Notes: a model not told the origin generated them from the sequence alone. Numbered from the stretch's first letter, positions 39,471 through 49,674 are shown. The stretch: DNA of 64,000 nucleotides from Candidatus Micrarchaeota archaeon (GCA_020854825.1 JAHKLY010000001.1:192001-256000); one strand, 5' to 3'. Numbers and translations are program-made.

Positions 39471-40097
39471 ATGACACAAAATATTTTAGCACAAATCGGA
39501 ATCGGAGGGATAGGTAGTTTATTAAATGAAATAGAAAAAGCTACATCTAATGAAATATTTTATTTATTTTTTTTAATCCTAGTAATTTCAATAGGTATGC
39601 TTATTATCTGGTATTTATATAGAAAATTAGCAAAAAGAGATATGTTTGAATTAAAATTACATGCTAAAAATGGTGAAAAATTATCAATAGGAAAAGAATT
39701 ATTTTCAACATTAGTTTATCTTTTTAAGTATGTATTATTATTTCCTTTGTTTGTTATGTTAATGTTTGTGCTAGTATCATTAGGATTTATATTTTTATCT
39801 TCTGGATTAGACCTTTCAACAGTTTTCTTTTTTTCAATCGCATTAATCTGTGTAGTTAGATTATTAGCATATATTAAAGAAGATACAGCACAAGAAATTG
39901 CAAAATTAATCCCTTTTGCATTAGTGTCTTCGATTTTATTAAATCCAAATCTTTCAGACGGGTATATATTTCCGGCTATGTCAGATATAGAACTAGGGTT
40001 AGCAGGCATATGGTATTATTTTATTTTTATTTTTGTGTTTGAAATAAGTTTAAGGGTTATATATAGAATTACAAGTGTATTTAAGAGAAATGATTAA
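39471..40097 (+). CDS. Hypothetical membrane protein
   Basis: Several TM helices. Confidence 0.7.
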   Translation: MTQNILAQIGIGGIGSLLNEIEKATSNEIFYLFFLILVISIGMLIIWYLYRKLAKRDMFELKLHAKNGEKLSIGKELFSTLVYLFKYVLLFPLFVMLMFVLVSLGFIFLSSGLDLSTVFFFSIALICVVRLLAYIKEDTAQEIAKLIPFALVSSILLNPNLSDGYIFPAMSDIELGLAGIWYYFIFIFVFEISLRVIYRITSVFKRND

Positions 40098-40447
40098 TTT
40101 TCTCCTCCTTTAAATGCTTTTTTTCCTAATAATACTAATAAGATTACACATATAATTCCAACAATTATTGATTGTTGAATGTCTTTAAATTGAGAATACC
40201 ACATATATCCTAAGAAGACACCAAAACCTGTAAATACAATGGTTCTTAAATTATTGGCTAACCCTCCAGAGATATTTTTTTCTTTGAAAAATAAAAATGA
40301 AGCACCGAATACAAAAAGACCTATTCCTATTGAATAATATATTGGATCTGTTGGGTAATTATAATACCAAATATATCCTGCTCCAGAACCAATTAATAAT
40401 GCAGCCAAAACCCGCCCAATTTTTACTAATTCTTTTGTAATTGCCAT
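40094..40447 (-). CDS. Hypothetical four-TM membrane protein with internal duplication
   Basis: Two similar halves (GYIWY...SIGIG / GYMWY...SIIVG). Confidence 0.65.
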   Translation of the reverse strand: MAITKELVKIGRVLAALLIGSGAGYIWYYNYPTDPIYYSIGIGLFVFGASFLFFKEKNISGGLANNLRTIVFTGFGVFLGYMWYSQFKDIQQSIIVGIICVILLVLLGKKAFKGGEN

Positions 40448-40509
40448 TTTCGTCACCAATAATTTTAATGGATATATTTAAAAAGACAAATAATATAAAA
40501 CTAATACAT

Positions 40510-40769
40510 CCCGCGGTAGCTCAAAGCTTTGAATTATTTTATTTTAAAGCGAGCAATGGTAGAGCGATCGGCTGTAACTTTTTTCTTTCTTTAAAAAGAA
40601 AGAAAAAAATTAACAAAAAAGAAAGAAACAAGTGGTCAAAGTACGATGCACAATTTTGTGTTGGAAATCGCTCTGAAACCGATAGGTTGGGATTTCGAAA
40701 CACTTTTTTCTGTTTTAAGAAAAAAGAGAACCCATACTAAAAATATGGACGAAGATATCTCCCGCGGGA
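40510..40769 (+). tRNA. tRNA-Tyr(GTA) with three introns (15/16: 40525-40556; 37/38: 40578-40677; 59/60: 40700-40755)
   Basis: Spliced 72-nt cloverleaf CCCGCGG TA GCTC AATGGTA GAGC G ATCGG CTGTAAA CCGAT AGGTT GGGAT TTCGAAT ATCTC CCGCGGG A; archaeal C1:G72 and A73. Confidence 0.9.
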
Positions 40770-40794
40770 TATTCTTTTTTATAAGGTAATCAGA

Positions 40795-41028
40795 ATGAAT
40801 AAAGTAATTATTGCAGGATATAATTTAAATGGAAAATCAAAAATATCAAAAGAGGTATTGGGCCGAGAAGTTTTTCAAGTACTATCCGGAAGATTTTGTT
40901 GTATTGGTATTGTAGAAAGTATTACTAAATCTAGGGGAGGGTTCAGAGTTCAATCACCAAAAAAAACATTATTTTTCTCAATTAATTCAATAAGTGATGG
41001 TTCAAAGGTCTATTCTGAACACAGATGA
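40795..41028 (+). CDS. Small hypothetical protein
   Basis: AGGT SD-like motif upstream; fills the gap; no recognisable motif. Confidence 0.4.
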   Translation: MNKVIIAGYNLNGKSKISKEVLGREVFQVLSGRFCCIGIVESITKSRGGFRVQSPKKTLFFSINSISDGSKVYSEHR

Positions 41029-41056
41029 TTTAAATTTAACTATATTAATAATTATT

Positions 41057-41770
41057 ATGGATTTTTTTAATTTTTGGGATGTATCTAAAATAATAGGAGC
41101 AACAATAATTATTGGGTTTTTATTAATTTTAGTTTTATCAGTTATTTCTTTATTTTTATTATCTAGATTTCATAAGAAAGGAAAAATAATTTTTCCGTAT
41201 GTTATTTTAAGCATGGTGAGTACCTTAGAAGTTCCAATTGAAAGAATACTTAATTTCTTTCAAATAAAAGAAATTGATTTAGATTTAATAATAACTAAAT
41301 TAAGAAATAAATTAAATAAAAAAGCTTTTTCTAAAGTTCCTTTAAATGAAAGAGCGATTTTTTTCCCTCAATGTTTAAGAAGTTTTGAATGCCCGGCAAG
41401 AACAGGGGAAGAAGGAATTTATTGTATAAATTGCAGAAAATGTGGCTTAGGACACATAATAAAAGAAGCAGAGCAATTAGGATATAGGGTGTTTATAGCA
41501 CCAGGAAGTTCATTAGTTAAAAGGATGGTTAAACAATATAAACCAAAAGCAGTTTTAGGTGTTGGATGTTCGATGGAAGTCAAAGAAGGAACTGCATTAA
41601 TAGAATCTTATGGTATACCTGTCCAAGCGGTTTCATTATTAAGAGGAGGATGTGTAAATACAAGAATTGATTGTTTTGAATTATTAAAAACTATTTATTT
41701 AGGTGTTGATATATCAGAAAAAGAACTTAGAAAAAAAGCAGAAGAAGCAAATAAGTTTTGGAAAGATTAA
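41057..41770 (+). CDS. DUF116 domain protein
   Basis: PQCLR..CPA, CINCRKC, PGSS, GVGC..E, LLRGGCVNT. Confidence 0.88.
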   Translation: MDFFNFWDVSKIIGATIIIGFLLILVLSVISLFLLSRFHKKGKIIFPYVILSMVSTLEVPIERILNFFQIKEIDLDLIITKLRNKLNKKAFSKVPLNERAIFFPQCLRSFECPARTGEEGIYCINCRKCGLGHIIKEAEQLGYRVFIAPGSSLVKRMVKQYKPKAVLGVGCSMEVKEGTALIESYGIPVQAVSLLRGGCVNTRIDCFELLKTIYLGVDISEKELRKKAEEANKFWKD

Positions 41771-42243
41771 ACAAAATTATTTGCAACAAATGTTCCAACT
41801 AAATGTGTTATTATGATTACTAAAACTGCAATTAATAAATGTTCTCCAATAACTTTCCAGGGATTTGATTTTCTTTTTTTTGCAATTTTATAACTTAAGA
41901 TACTTAATACTGATAATCCCCAAATTATACTTATTATAATTGCAGTAGTGAGATCAAATATTATAATTGGTATAACAAATGTCAATGCAAAAAGTAATTT
42001 ACATAAGAAAGTAGAGAGTGTAGATTCCCATACATGATTATCTTTATTTTGTTTATCAGATTCTTCAGATATGTGTATTCCTAATGCATCTGAAAATGAG
42101 TCAGCAATTGCAATTGTTAATATCCCTCCTAATACGACTAATTTAGAATGTGTTCCTGCACTAAGTCCAACCATTAATCCAAGAGTTGTAATAACTGCAG
42201 AAGTTAATCCAAAAGATAAACCTGTTTTAATAGATGATTTCAT
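41767..42243 (-). CDS. VIT1/CCC1-like membrane protein
   Basis: FGLTSAVITTLG, IADSFSDALGIHISEE. Confidence 0.75.
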   Translation of the reverse strand: MKSSIKTGLSFGLTSAVITTLGLMVGLSAGTHSKLVVLGGILTIAIADSFSDALGIHISEESDKQNKDNHVWESTLSTFLCKLLFALTFVIPIIIFDLTTAIIISIIWGLSVLSILSYKIAKKRKSNPWKVIGEHLLIAVLVIIITHLVGTFVANNFV

Positions 42244-42332
42244 TCTTTAATATCAAAAGAGCAATATAAAATACTTTGCCCGGAAATCTACTCTCTAAAA
42301 ACCCTTTTAAACTAAAAGACAGTAATAGTTAA

Positions 42333-45011
42333 ATGGCCAAATTATTAGATATGCGCATAGAACGATTAATTACTGAGCGCTTTAAGGATTTAACTGAAAT
42401 ACAAAAAAAATCTTTTGAAGCAATACTTAATGAAAATAATACTTTAATAATAGCACCAACAGGACACGGAAAAACTTTAGCAGTTATGCTCCCAGTATTC
42501 CATAATATAATAGATACTGAAAATAAAGGTATTCAGGTATTATATATAACTCCATTAAAGGCTTTAAATAGAGATTTATTGGAAAGAATTGAATGGTGGT
42601 GTAATAAATTAGGTATTTCCCATGCAGTAAGGCATGGGGATACATCAATATCTGAAAGAGCAAAACAAACAAGAAAACCTCCAAAATTATTGATTGTAAC
42701 TCCAGAAACATTTGGGGCAATATTAGCAGCACCAAGATTAGGTCAGGCGTTAAAGAATTGTAAGTATGTAATTATTGATGAAGTTCATAGTATTTGTGAT
42801 AATAAAAGAGGCGCACAATTAAGTTTAGCACTTGAAAGATTAAAACAAAAAACAAATCCCCAGATAATAGGTCTAAGCGCAACTATAGGTTCTCCAGAAA
42901 GTATAGCAAAGTATTTATCCCCAAATAAAGAATGTCAGATAGTATCATTAACTGAACCAAAAAAAACAGAAATTTTTGTAGAAAAACCAAAACCAGCTAT
43001 AAATGTACCTAAAAATTTAGATTTAGATGCAGAGGCAGTTGGTAGATTATATAGAGTAAAAGAAATAATTGAAAAAGATAAAACCTTAATTTTTGTTAAT
43101 ACGCGCCAAGTAGCAGAAGCATTATCTTCTAGACTGCATTTATTAAAAGTTAAAATAGGGATTCATCATGGTTCTTTAGCAAAACAAGTTAGATTGAGAG
43201 CTGAAAAAGATTTTAAAGCAAATCAAACAGAAGCACTTTTAGCTACGAGTTCTTTAGAATTAGGTATAGATATTGGAGATATCGAGAATGTGATACAGTA
43301 TATGTCTCCAAGACAGGTTTCTCGGCTTATTCAAAGAATAGGGAGAAGCGGACATGGAATAAATAGAATTTCTAGAGGCCATATAATAGTTTCAGATATG
43401 TATGATACACTTGAATCTTTAGCAGTGTCATTACTTTTAAAACAAGGAATCCAAGAAAAAAATAATATAGAATCTAAAGCAATAGATGTTATTGCACACC
43501 AATTAGTTGGACTTCTTTTAGAAAACGAACAAATTGAGTTAATGAAAGCACATAAGATTTTAGAAAAAGCTGCAGCATATAATATTTCTTATGGGGAATT
43601 AGAAGAAGTTGCAGAGCAATTGAGCAAACAACGAATATTATATTTAGATAAATCTGATAATACTTTGAAAAAATCTTTGAATACTAGAACTTATTATTAT
43701 ACTAGATTATCAACAATTCCAATAACTGTTCGCAGATTAGTTAAAGATATTGAATTAAATAAAGTTGTATCTACATTAGATGAAGCATTTGCTTCTTCCT
43801 TAGAAATTGGAGAAACATTTATTACAAAAGGACTTCCTTGGAGAATAGTTGAATTAACAGAAGAAGAAGTATTAGTAGAAGCAGGCGATGATTTTTCACT
43901 ATCGTTACCAGATTGGGAAGGAGAACAAATCCCAGTACCATTTATAGTTTCTCAAAAAGTAGGAGAGTTAATGGATTTATATTATAATAAAAAGATTTTA
44001 GAAATAAATAAATATATAAATTTTGTTGGAACTCTGGACTTACCAGATGAAAAATGGTATCCAAAAAAAGATGAATTGATTATAGAATGTTTTGCAGATT
44101 TAATAGTTATACATTCATTATTTGGTACAAAAACAAATGAAACAATTGGCAGATGTTTATCATATTTATTAACAATAAAACAAGGCACAAGCAATCAGTT
44201 AATAGTAGACCCTTATAGTATTATTATTAATACTTCCAAGGTTGTTAAATCACAAGAGATCAAAGATTTGATTGAAAATTTGGAAGATATAAGAGCATTA
44301 ATAGAAAATTCTTTAGCTGACTCAAAGTTATTTTTATTTAAGTTTAATCATATTGCATATAATTTTGGATTAGTAAATCAAAAACAAGGAGTTTCAAAAA
44401 GAGCAGTCAAATATTTAACTCAAACACCGATTTATAAAGAAACAATGCGGGTTTTACTTTCTGATTATTTTGATGTTCCAAATGCAATCAAAATTATTGA
44501 ATTGGTAAAAGCAAATAAAATAATAATAAAATGCAAAAATCCAAAGGAATTAAGTGAATGGAGCAGGCAAGTTTTGACAAAAGTGCATGCAGGAGAATTA
44601 ATGGCACCTATAGAGCCACACAGTGAAATAATGAAAGCGTTTGCAAAACACCTTTTAGAAAAACGCATTAAATTAATATGTTCAAATTGTAACAGACCGT
44701 TCTACATTAAAATAGATGATGCAGATGAAAAGATAAAATGTTTAAATTGTAAAGGGTCTGTTATTGGATATGCAGGATTTTTTAAAGACGGAAAATTAGT
44801 AGAAAAAAACAAAAAGTTTATAGATGAAAGTGCACCCCTTATACAAGCATATGGTAAACGTGCATTAATTGCTTTAAGTGTTTATGGGATAGGACCAGAA
44901 ACAGCAAGAAGAATATTACAAAAAATACATAAAGAAGAAGATCATTTTTTCTATGATTTATTAGAAGCGCAAAAGAATTTTATAAAGAATAAAAAATACT
45001 GGCGCATGTAG
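42333..45011 (+). CDS. lhr: Lhr-family ATP-dependent helicase
   Basis: APTGHGKT, TPLKALNRD, DEVH, LSAT, HHGSL, LELGID, QRIGRSGH, C-terminal Zn knuckle and GIGPETA. Confidence 0.93.
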   Translation: MAKLLDMRIERLITERFKDLTEIQKKSFEAILNENNTLIIAPTGHGKTLAVMLPVFHNIIDTENKGIQVLYITPLKALNRDLLERIEWWCNKLGISHAVRHGDTSISERAKQTRKPPKLLIVTPETFGAILAAPRLGQALKNCKYVIIDEVHSICDNKRGAQLSLALERLKQKTNPQIIGLSATIGSPESIAKYLSPNKECQIVSLTEPKKTEIFVEKPKPAINVPKNLDLDAEAVGRLYRVKEIIEKDKTLIFVNTRQVAEALSSRLHLLKVKIGIHHGSLAKQVRLRAEKDFKANQTEALLATSSLELGIDIGDIENVIQYMSPRQVSRLIQRIGRSGHGINRISRGHIIVSDMYDTLESLAVSLLLKQGIQEKNNIESKAIDVIAHQLVGLLLENEQIELMKAHKILEKAAAYNISYGELEEVAEQLSKQRILYLDKSDNTLKKSLNTRTYYYTRLSTIPITVRRLVKDIELNKVVSTLDEAFASSLEIGETFITKGLPWRIVELTEEEVLVEAGDDFSLSLPDWEGEQIPVPFIVSQKVGELMDLYYNKKILEINKYINFVGTLDLPDEKWYPKKDELIIECFADLIVIHSLFGTKTNETIGRCLSYLLTIKQGTSNQLIVDPYSIIINTSKVVKSQEIKDLIENLEDIRALIENSLADSKLFLFKFNHIAYNFGLVNQKQGVSKRAVKYLTQTPIYKETMRVLLSDYFDVPNAIKIIELVKANKIIIKCKNPKELSEWSRQVLTKVHAGELMAPIEPHSEIMKAFAKHLLEKRIKLICSNCNRPFYIKIDDADEKIKCLNCKGSVIGYAGFFKDGKLVEKNKKFIDESAPLIQAYGKRALIALSVYGIGPETARRILQKIHKEEDHFFYDLLEAQKNFIKNKKYWRM

Positions 45012-45250
45012 GCCTTTTTCTTTCTTTTAAAAAAAGAAAGAAAAACTCCTGGGAAAAAGAAAGAAAAAGAAAACAAGACAAAAAGAACAAAGAAAAGGCC
45101 TTAGGAAAACGGAGAATTTTCAAAAACTATTCTAGATTGAATAATTCTAAACAGAATAGTTTCTTAAAAAGTGTTCATAAAACGTGAACGTAATTTATTA
45201 TTCTGATTTTCTTTCTTTCCCAAGGGTTTCTATCAAAAGAAAGAAAGGCT
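45011..45250. mobile_element. Putative MITE-like palindromic element
   Basis: Imperfect terminal inverted repeats GGCCTTTTTCTTTCTTTT / AAAAGAAAGAAAGGCT, inner arms TGGGAAAAAGAAAGAAAA / TTTTCTTTCTTTCCCA, TA on both flanks, no ORF. Confidence 0.55.
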
Positions 45251-45843
45251 TATTCTTTAAAATTAGTTGAAACGTTTATTAATTCTGCATTTCTTGTTAA
45301 TTCTACAATATAATAAAAATCAGCAGTTTCTGAATTCCATTCAACGATCCAATTATCTTGACTATTTGTAGGTGATTTAACATTAGATTTTGCGTTGAGA
45401 TACTGGTCTAAATATTGTTTAACATTTTCTGTTCCCTCAATTGTGTGCGAAGCTATAATTGCCTCTTCATTAAATATTAAATAACAAATTGATTGTCCAA
45501 CACAAATTTCGCAATTTTTAGTAATATAATCTGGAGGCTGAGTTACAAAACCTTGTTCAGGATAGTTATAATATAAATGAATTCTTTCAGGACAAGGAGA
45601 GGTAGGATTAACAGTAACTCTTGCTTTTAAAGTATAATATTTGCCCTTTCCTTCTTCTATCGGTTGATTTTCAGCAATAGAAATAATCTCAAATTCAGCA
45701 GTATTTCCATATTTTGCTTTTAAATCTTCTAATACGGATGTTTCTGCATCTTTTTCAGTAAGTGGTGAAGTCCAATTATATAAAAATAATAAGCAAACAG
45801 AAATTATTATTAATAATGATACTATCCACCCAATTGTATTCAT
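45250..45843 (-). CDS. Hypothetical membrane-anchored protein
   Basis: N-terminal TM helix, extracellular Cys residues. Confidence 0.7.
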   Translation of the reverse strand: MNTIGWIVSLLIIISVCLLFLYNWTSPLTEKDAETSVLEDLKAKYGNTAEFEIISIAENQPIEEGKGKYYTLKARVTVNPTSPCPERIHLYYNYPEQGFVTQPPDYITKNCEICVGQSICYLIFNEEAIIASHTIEGTENVKQYLDQYLNAKSNVKSPTNSQDNWIVEWNSETADFYYIVELTRNAELINVSTNFKE

Positions 45844-45875
45844 AGTATCTCATTATGAAGAAAGAATTTAAATTC

Positions 45876-46415
45876 TTATCTATGTTTAAATTTCAAGTTT
45901 TTTTGATTGGCTCCATATTTTTTAAGAACCATACTGCTTGTTAAATTACATGTATCATCCATTTCAAATCCTAATTTTTTTACTAATTTTTCTATATCTT
46001 TAGGTTTTCCTTCAATTTCCATATATGCAGGTATTTTAGGGTGTTGGTCTAATTCAATTTTAACTTTTCCAAGAACATATGAAGTTCTTATTTTTTCACA
46101 TTCATTAATACATTTTAAACCTATTTTTTTGAATATTTTTTTTGTACTTCCAAAATCACTTACTTTGGTTTCTGTTTCTTCCCTAACTTTGAATTTACCT
46201 TTGTTCTTTCGTTTAGTTTTATGTGTTATTTCTACAGTGTTTCCATATTTTCTTAGTCGTAAAATAGATTTACTTTTTGATATTTTTTGATCTTCAAAAT
46301 CAAAGAAATTAATAGTTACTAACCCTTTATATGTTTGTTTTGCACCTAATGTTTTAAGTTTAGATTTAATTGTGTTAATATTAATGTTTAATATCTTTAT
46401 TTCTGTTTCATCCAT
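45876..46415 (-). CDS. CYTH domain protein (class IV adenylate cyclase/triphosphatase-like)
   Basis: ETEIK, LRLR, REETE, EKIRTSY, YMEIEG. Confidence 0.9.
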   Translation of the reverse strand: MDETEIKILNININTIKSKLKTLGAKQTYKGLVTINFFDFEDQKISKSKSILRLRKYGNTVEITHKTKRKNKGKFKVREETETKVSDFGSTKKIFKKIGLKCINECEKIRTSYVLGKVKIELDQHPKIPAYMEIEGKPKDIEKLVKKLGFEMDDTCNLTSSMVLKKYGANQKNLKFKHR

Positions 46416-46440
46416 AAAAAAATATATATTCAAAATATTT

Positions 46441-47607
46441 TTAAATTAGTAGTAGAATAGAAGGAATAATTATAACCCCCATTACATGAACTCTTTTTGT
46501 TCCTAAAAACAAAGGTAAAGAACCAATAGCTGTACCTGCAACTAAAGTTGCAATTCCTAAGGGGCCAGAAATCACGATTATTAATATACTTAAATATAAT
46601 ATCAATGCAATATACAAATGTTGGGTATTAATTTCAAATAATTTTCCTAATTTTTTATAAATGAACAAAAGAAAAATTGCGGACAAACTTATAGATATTA
46701 CAAATCCAAACATTAAAGGAAATAGGTTATTTAATGAAGGTTCAATTAATTGTGAGACATAAGATAAAGCACCAACTCTTGCCTTTCCAATTGTTTCTAA
46801 AGATGCAAAAGCAAAAATGATGTGGCTTACTGCGATTGAAGAAGTGAACACTAAATATTTTTTTGGGCACGCTAATAAAAGTGGAGATGCAAAAACAGCT
46901 AATTGTGCAGGTGTAGCTATACCTGGGAATAAATCTGCAATGAACCCTAAAACAATTCCTGCTAATAAGGGAACCCAGAAATTAAATTCAATTTCTTCAT
47001 CTTTTTGTTTTGGTATTTTTGGTTTTGACCATAAAGTTGCAATTAACGTACTAAATGCAAACAACCCTGTAAAAATTGGAAATAAAGGCTCTCTTATAGG
47101 TGCATTTATTGTTAAAATTCCAAGGATTCCTGCTAAAATAAAGATTGCACTTGCAAATATTATTTTTTTTATTTCTTTTTCTGATAATATCATAAATACA
47201 GAAGCAAATAGTAAAATAAAAATAAGATACGGAGAGATAATATTAAAAGAAATAGGAAACAGAATTAACACAATTGGGAATAAACATAAAGATAAAAATA
47301 TACTTATTAATGATGAAATAATTACTAATTTTATTGCACTCAATCCATTGCCCTCTAGTACTAATTTTTGTCCAGGCAATACGGATATATATGTGGAATC
47401 CTCAGGAACTCCAAAAAATATTGCAGGGACAAAAGAGATTAAAGTATGGGATCCTAATCCTGCCATAATCACAAAACTTAAAAAACTAGGATCTAAATTA
47501 GTTTCCATTAATATTGCGCTTATTGTATTTGAATGGATTCCTGGAATAAATCCTGAAAAAGCTCCTAATAAAAACCCAATAATAATTGAGAATAATTTTT
47601 CAATCAT
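46441..47607 (-). CDS. TctA/DUF112 family permease
   Basis: GFIPGIHSN, PAIFFGVP, VLPGQKLV.EG.G. Confidence 0.85.
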   Translation of the reverse strand: MIEKLFSIIIGFLLGAFSGFIPGIHSNTISAILMETNLDPSFLSFVIMAGLGSHTLISFVPAIFFGVPEDSTYISVLPGQKLVLEGNGLSAIKLVIISSLISIFLSLCLFPIVLILFPISFNIISPYLIFILLFASVFMILSEKEIKKIIFASAIFILAGILGILTINAPIREPLFPIFTGLFAFSTLIATLWSKPKIPKQKDEEIEFNFWVPLLAGIVLGFIADLFPGIATPAQLAVFASPLLLACPKKYLVFTSSIAVSHIIFAFASLETIGKARVGALSYVSQLIEPSLNNLFPLMFGFVISISLSAIFLLFIYKKLGKLFEINTQHLYIALILYLSILIIVISGPLGIATLVAGTAIGSLPLFLGTKRVHVMGVIIIPSILLLI

Positions 47608-47621
47608 GTTAATCACAGTAA

Positions 47622-48113
47622 TTATGAGAAAGTTAATTCTTCAATAATTTTAACTGGTAATCTAAATTCTATCTCTAATTTGTATTTGGTAAAACCTAAA
47701 CACCCACATCCAAACTCATCTGTTTTTGAAAAGAGTCCTCCTATTAATTGTATGCTGTTTTTTTCATCCCAAAGTTCTCTAATAAATTGGGCAACATTTA
47801 ACCACCCAGTTCTAGAAGGTTGGGGATCATATTCTATAGTTGGAATGACAATGGGATTAGAAATATAAAATCTAGATATTTCTTCAAGTGTATTTAGAAC
47901 ACTGTCTTCCTCTTCAAGAATAATCAGATAATTTTTTAATTTTCTTAATGTTTCTTGTAATCCTAATTCATAGCTACGATTTTTTTCATCATTTTTTTTA
48001 AAAAAGAAAGGATGAACTGCTACAGTTACTCCTCTTTTTTCAGAAATTAGTTTATCGTAGTCTGTTGTTGAATATATCCCCTGTTTTAATTTATATATTT
48101 GATCAATTGACAT
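47622..48113 (-). CDS. Hypothetical protein
   Basis: ORF with upstream TATA; VHPFF, GG and GC motifs; no firm family. Confidence 0.6.
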   Translation of the reverse strand: MSIDQIYKLKQGIYSTTDYDKLISEKRGVTVAVHPFFFKKNDEKNRSYELGLQETLRKLKNYLIILEEEDSVLNTLEEISRFYISNPIVIPTIEYDPQPSRTGWLNVAQFIRELWDEKNSIQLIGGLFSKTDEFGCGCLGFTKYKLEIEFRLPVKIIEELTFS

Positions 48114-48171
48114 GATATATTTATTTTTTCTTAGTTTAAAAACCTATTGTTTAATTAAATACCACGTATCT

Positions 48172-48528
48172 TTATGGATAAGTTATCTCATTTGCATAAA
48201 CAGTAATTCCTTGATAATAGGATTTTGTTACTCCTATAACCTTTACAAAATCTTTTTCAGATAAAATTTTTAAAATTTCTAAATCATTTTGACATATAAC
48301 AGTTAAACAATTACCATCACATATTCTTAATGAAACAGTTTTTTCATTAAATGTTATTTTTTCTATTGTTCCTTGAAATTCAATTAATGTATCTCTAGGA
48401 ATTTTGTTAGTAGGTGTAGAATATAAAGAAATTTGAGTTGCAATTGTAGTATTTATAAATATAAATAATAATACAATTGATAAAACAGCAATTGAAAGTG
48501 CTAATAATATAATTTTTTTATTATCCAT
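48172..48528 (-). CDS. Membrane-anchored OB-fold protein
   Basis: N-terminal TM helix then G.I...V.V.G....Y.G...A..I OB-like pattern. Confidence 0.6.
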   Translation of the reverse strand: MDNKKIILLALSIAVLSIVLLFIFINTTIATQISLYSTPTNKIPRDTLIEFQGTIEKITFNEKTVSLRICDGNCLTVICQNDLEILKILSEKDFVKVIGVTKSYYQGITVYANEITYP

Positions 48529-48532
48529 TTAA

Positions 48533-48916
48533 TCATCTTATTAGATTTTCAAAAAGCATTGTATTTTCAGCAATTTTCCAAGAGACACTATATCCTTTTG
48601 GAGTTTTATTTAGTAAATGTAAGGGTATAAATCTCCAGCCTTTTCTTGAAACTCTCCATGCTACCATCGTAGTAATTCCAGTTATTTCTTCCCATTTTTT
48701 TAATCCATTTATTTGATCTGGTTTTAAAGATAAAGAAGTAGTATCCCAAGCTTTACATTCAAGTGCATATTGTTTTCCTTTTCTAAAAACTAGAATATCT
48801 GGAGATAATGAATTCCCTCCGGATCCGGCTGCGCGTATTACTTCAAAACCTTGTTCTGAAAACCATTTAATTAATTCTCTTTCAGCTCTTGCGCCTTTTC
48901 TATATTTGCTAACCAT
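48533..48916 (-). CDS. hjc: Holliday junction resolvase Hjc
   Basis: YRKGARAEREL, RAAGSG, PD...ECK. Confidence 0.93.
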   Translation of the reverse strand: MVSKYRKGARAERELIKWFSEQGFEVIRAAGSGGNSLSPDILVFRKGKQYALECKAWDTTSLSLKPDQINGLKKWEEITGITTMVAWRVSRKGWRFIPLHLLNKTPKGYSVSWKIAENTMLFENLIR

Positions 48917-49019
48917 AATTTGATTTAAATTATGTAATTTTTAATATTATCTATTCCACAAAAAGACTTAAAGGACAAAAGAAGAGCGCTTTTAAATATT
49001 ATCATTTATAGTATTTAAC

Positions 49020-49565
49020 ATGGAAACGCAAATCAAAGTGGGAGACTGTATGACTAAGGGAATCTTAGTTTTATCAACTTCCAGTAATGCTAAAGAAGCA
49101 GCAGAAGTTATGACAAATGCTAATGTTGGTAGTGTTATAGTTATGGATAAAGGAAAGGCAGTGGGTATAGTAACTGAAAGAGATATTGTTAGAAAAGTAG
49201 TAGGAACAAATAAAGATCCTGCTAAAATAAAATTAAACAAAATAATGGGCCAACCTTTAAGAGTAATCAAAGCAGATACTTCAATTGGTGATGCTGCATT
49301 AGCAATGAGAAAATATAGAATAAAAAAACTTCCTGTTATTGATAAAAAAGCAATGGTCATAGGAATGATTACTGAAACAGATATTATTAGTGCTTATCCA
49401 GGATTAGTAGATGTATTAATTGAAGTTGCTTTACAAAATAGATTTACTGGCGGTGAAAGATTTAGTGGAGTTTGTGAACACTGCGGTGCGTATTCTGAAC
49501 ATTTAAAAAGAGTTGGTGGTTTTCTTCTTTGCAGTGAATGCAGAGAAAAGGATGAAATTGTATAA
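49020..49565 (+). CDS. CBS-pair protein with C-terminal Zn ribbon
   Basis: GIVTERD, GMITETD, GVCEHCG...LCSEC. Confidence 0.9.
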   Translation: METQIKVGDCMTKGILVLSTSSNAKEAAEVMTNANVGSVIVMDKGKAVGIVTERDIVRKVVGTNKDPAKIKLNKIMGQPLRVIKADTSIGDAALAMRKYRIKKLPVIDKKAMVIGMITETDIISAYPGLVDVLIEVALQNRFTGGERFSGVCEHCGAYSEHLKRVGGFLLCSECREKDEIV

Positions 49566-49674
49566 AGATACATTTATAAATACAAAAAACCACAAGATAG
49601 ATGTTAAAACATCAAAAAATTAATAAAATCACAACTTACTGCTCATTTATATCAAAAGCAGCAGAAAATAGTGA

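Noticed and set aside
40441-40740. 99-aa ORF
   Set aside because: Overlaps the intron-containing tRNA-Tyr
45011-45250. RNase P or SRP RNA
   Set aside because: No conserved P4 or SRP helix 8 motifs seen; too AT-rich compared with the tRNA exons
45876-46415. cAMP signalling partner for the GGDEF protein
   Set aside because: Archaeal CYTH proteins are widespread and often triphosphatases; not linked to the GGDEF gene
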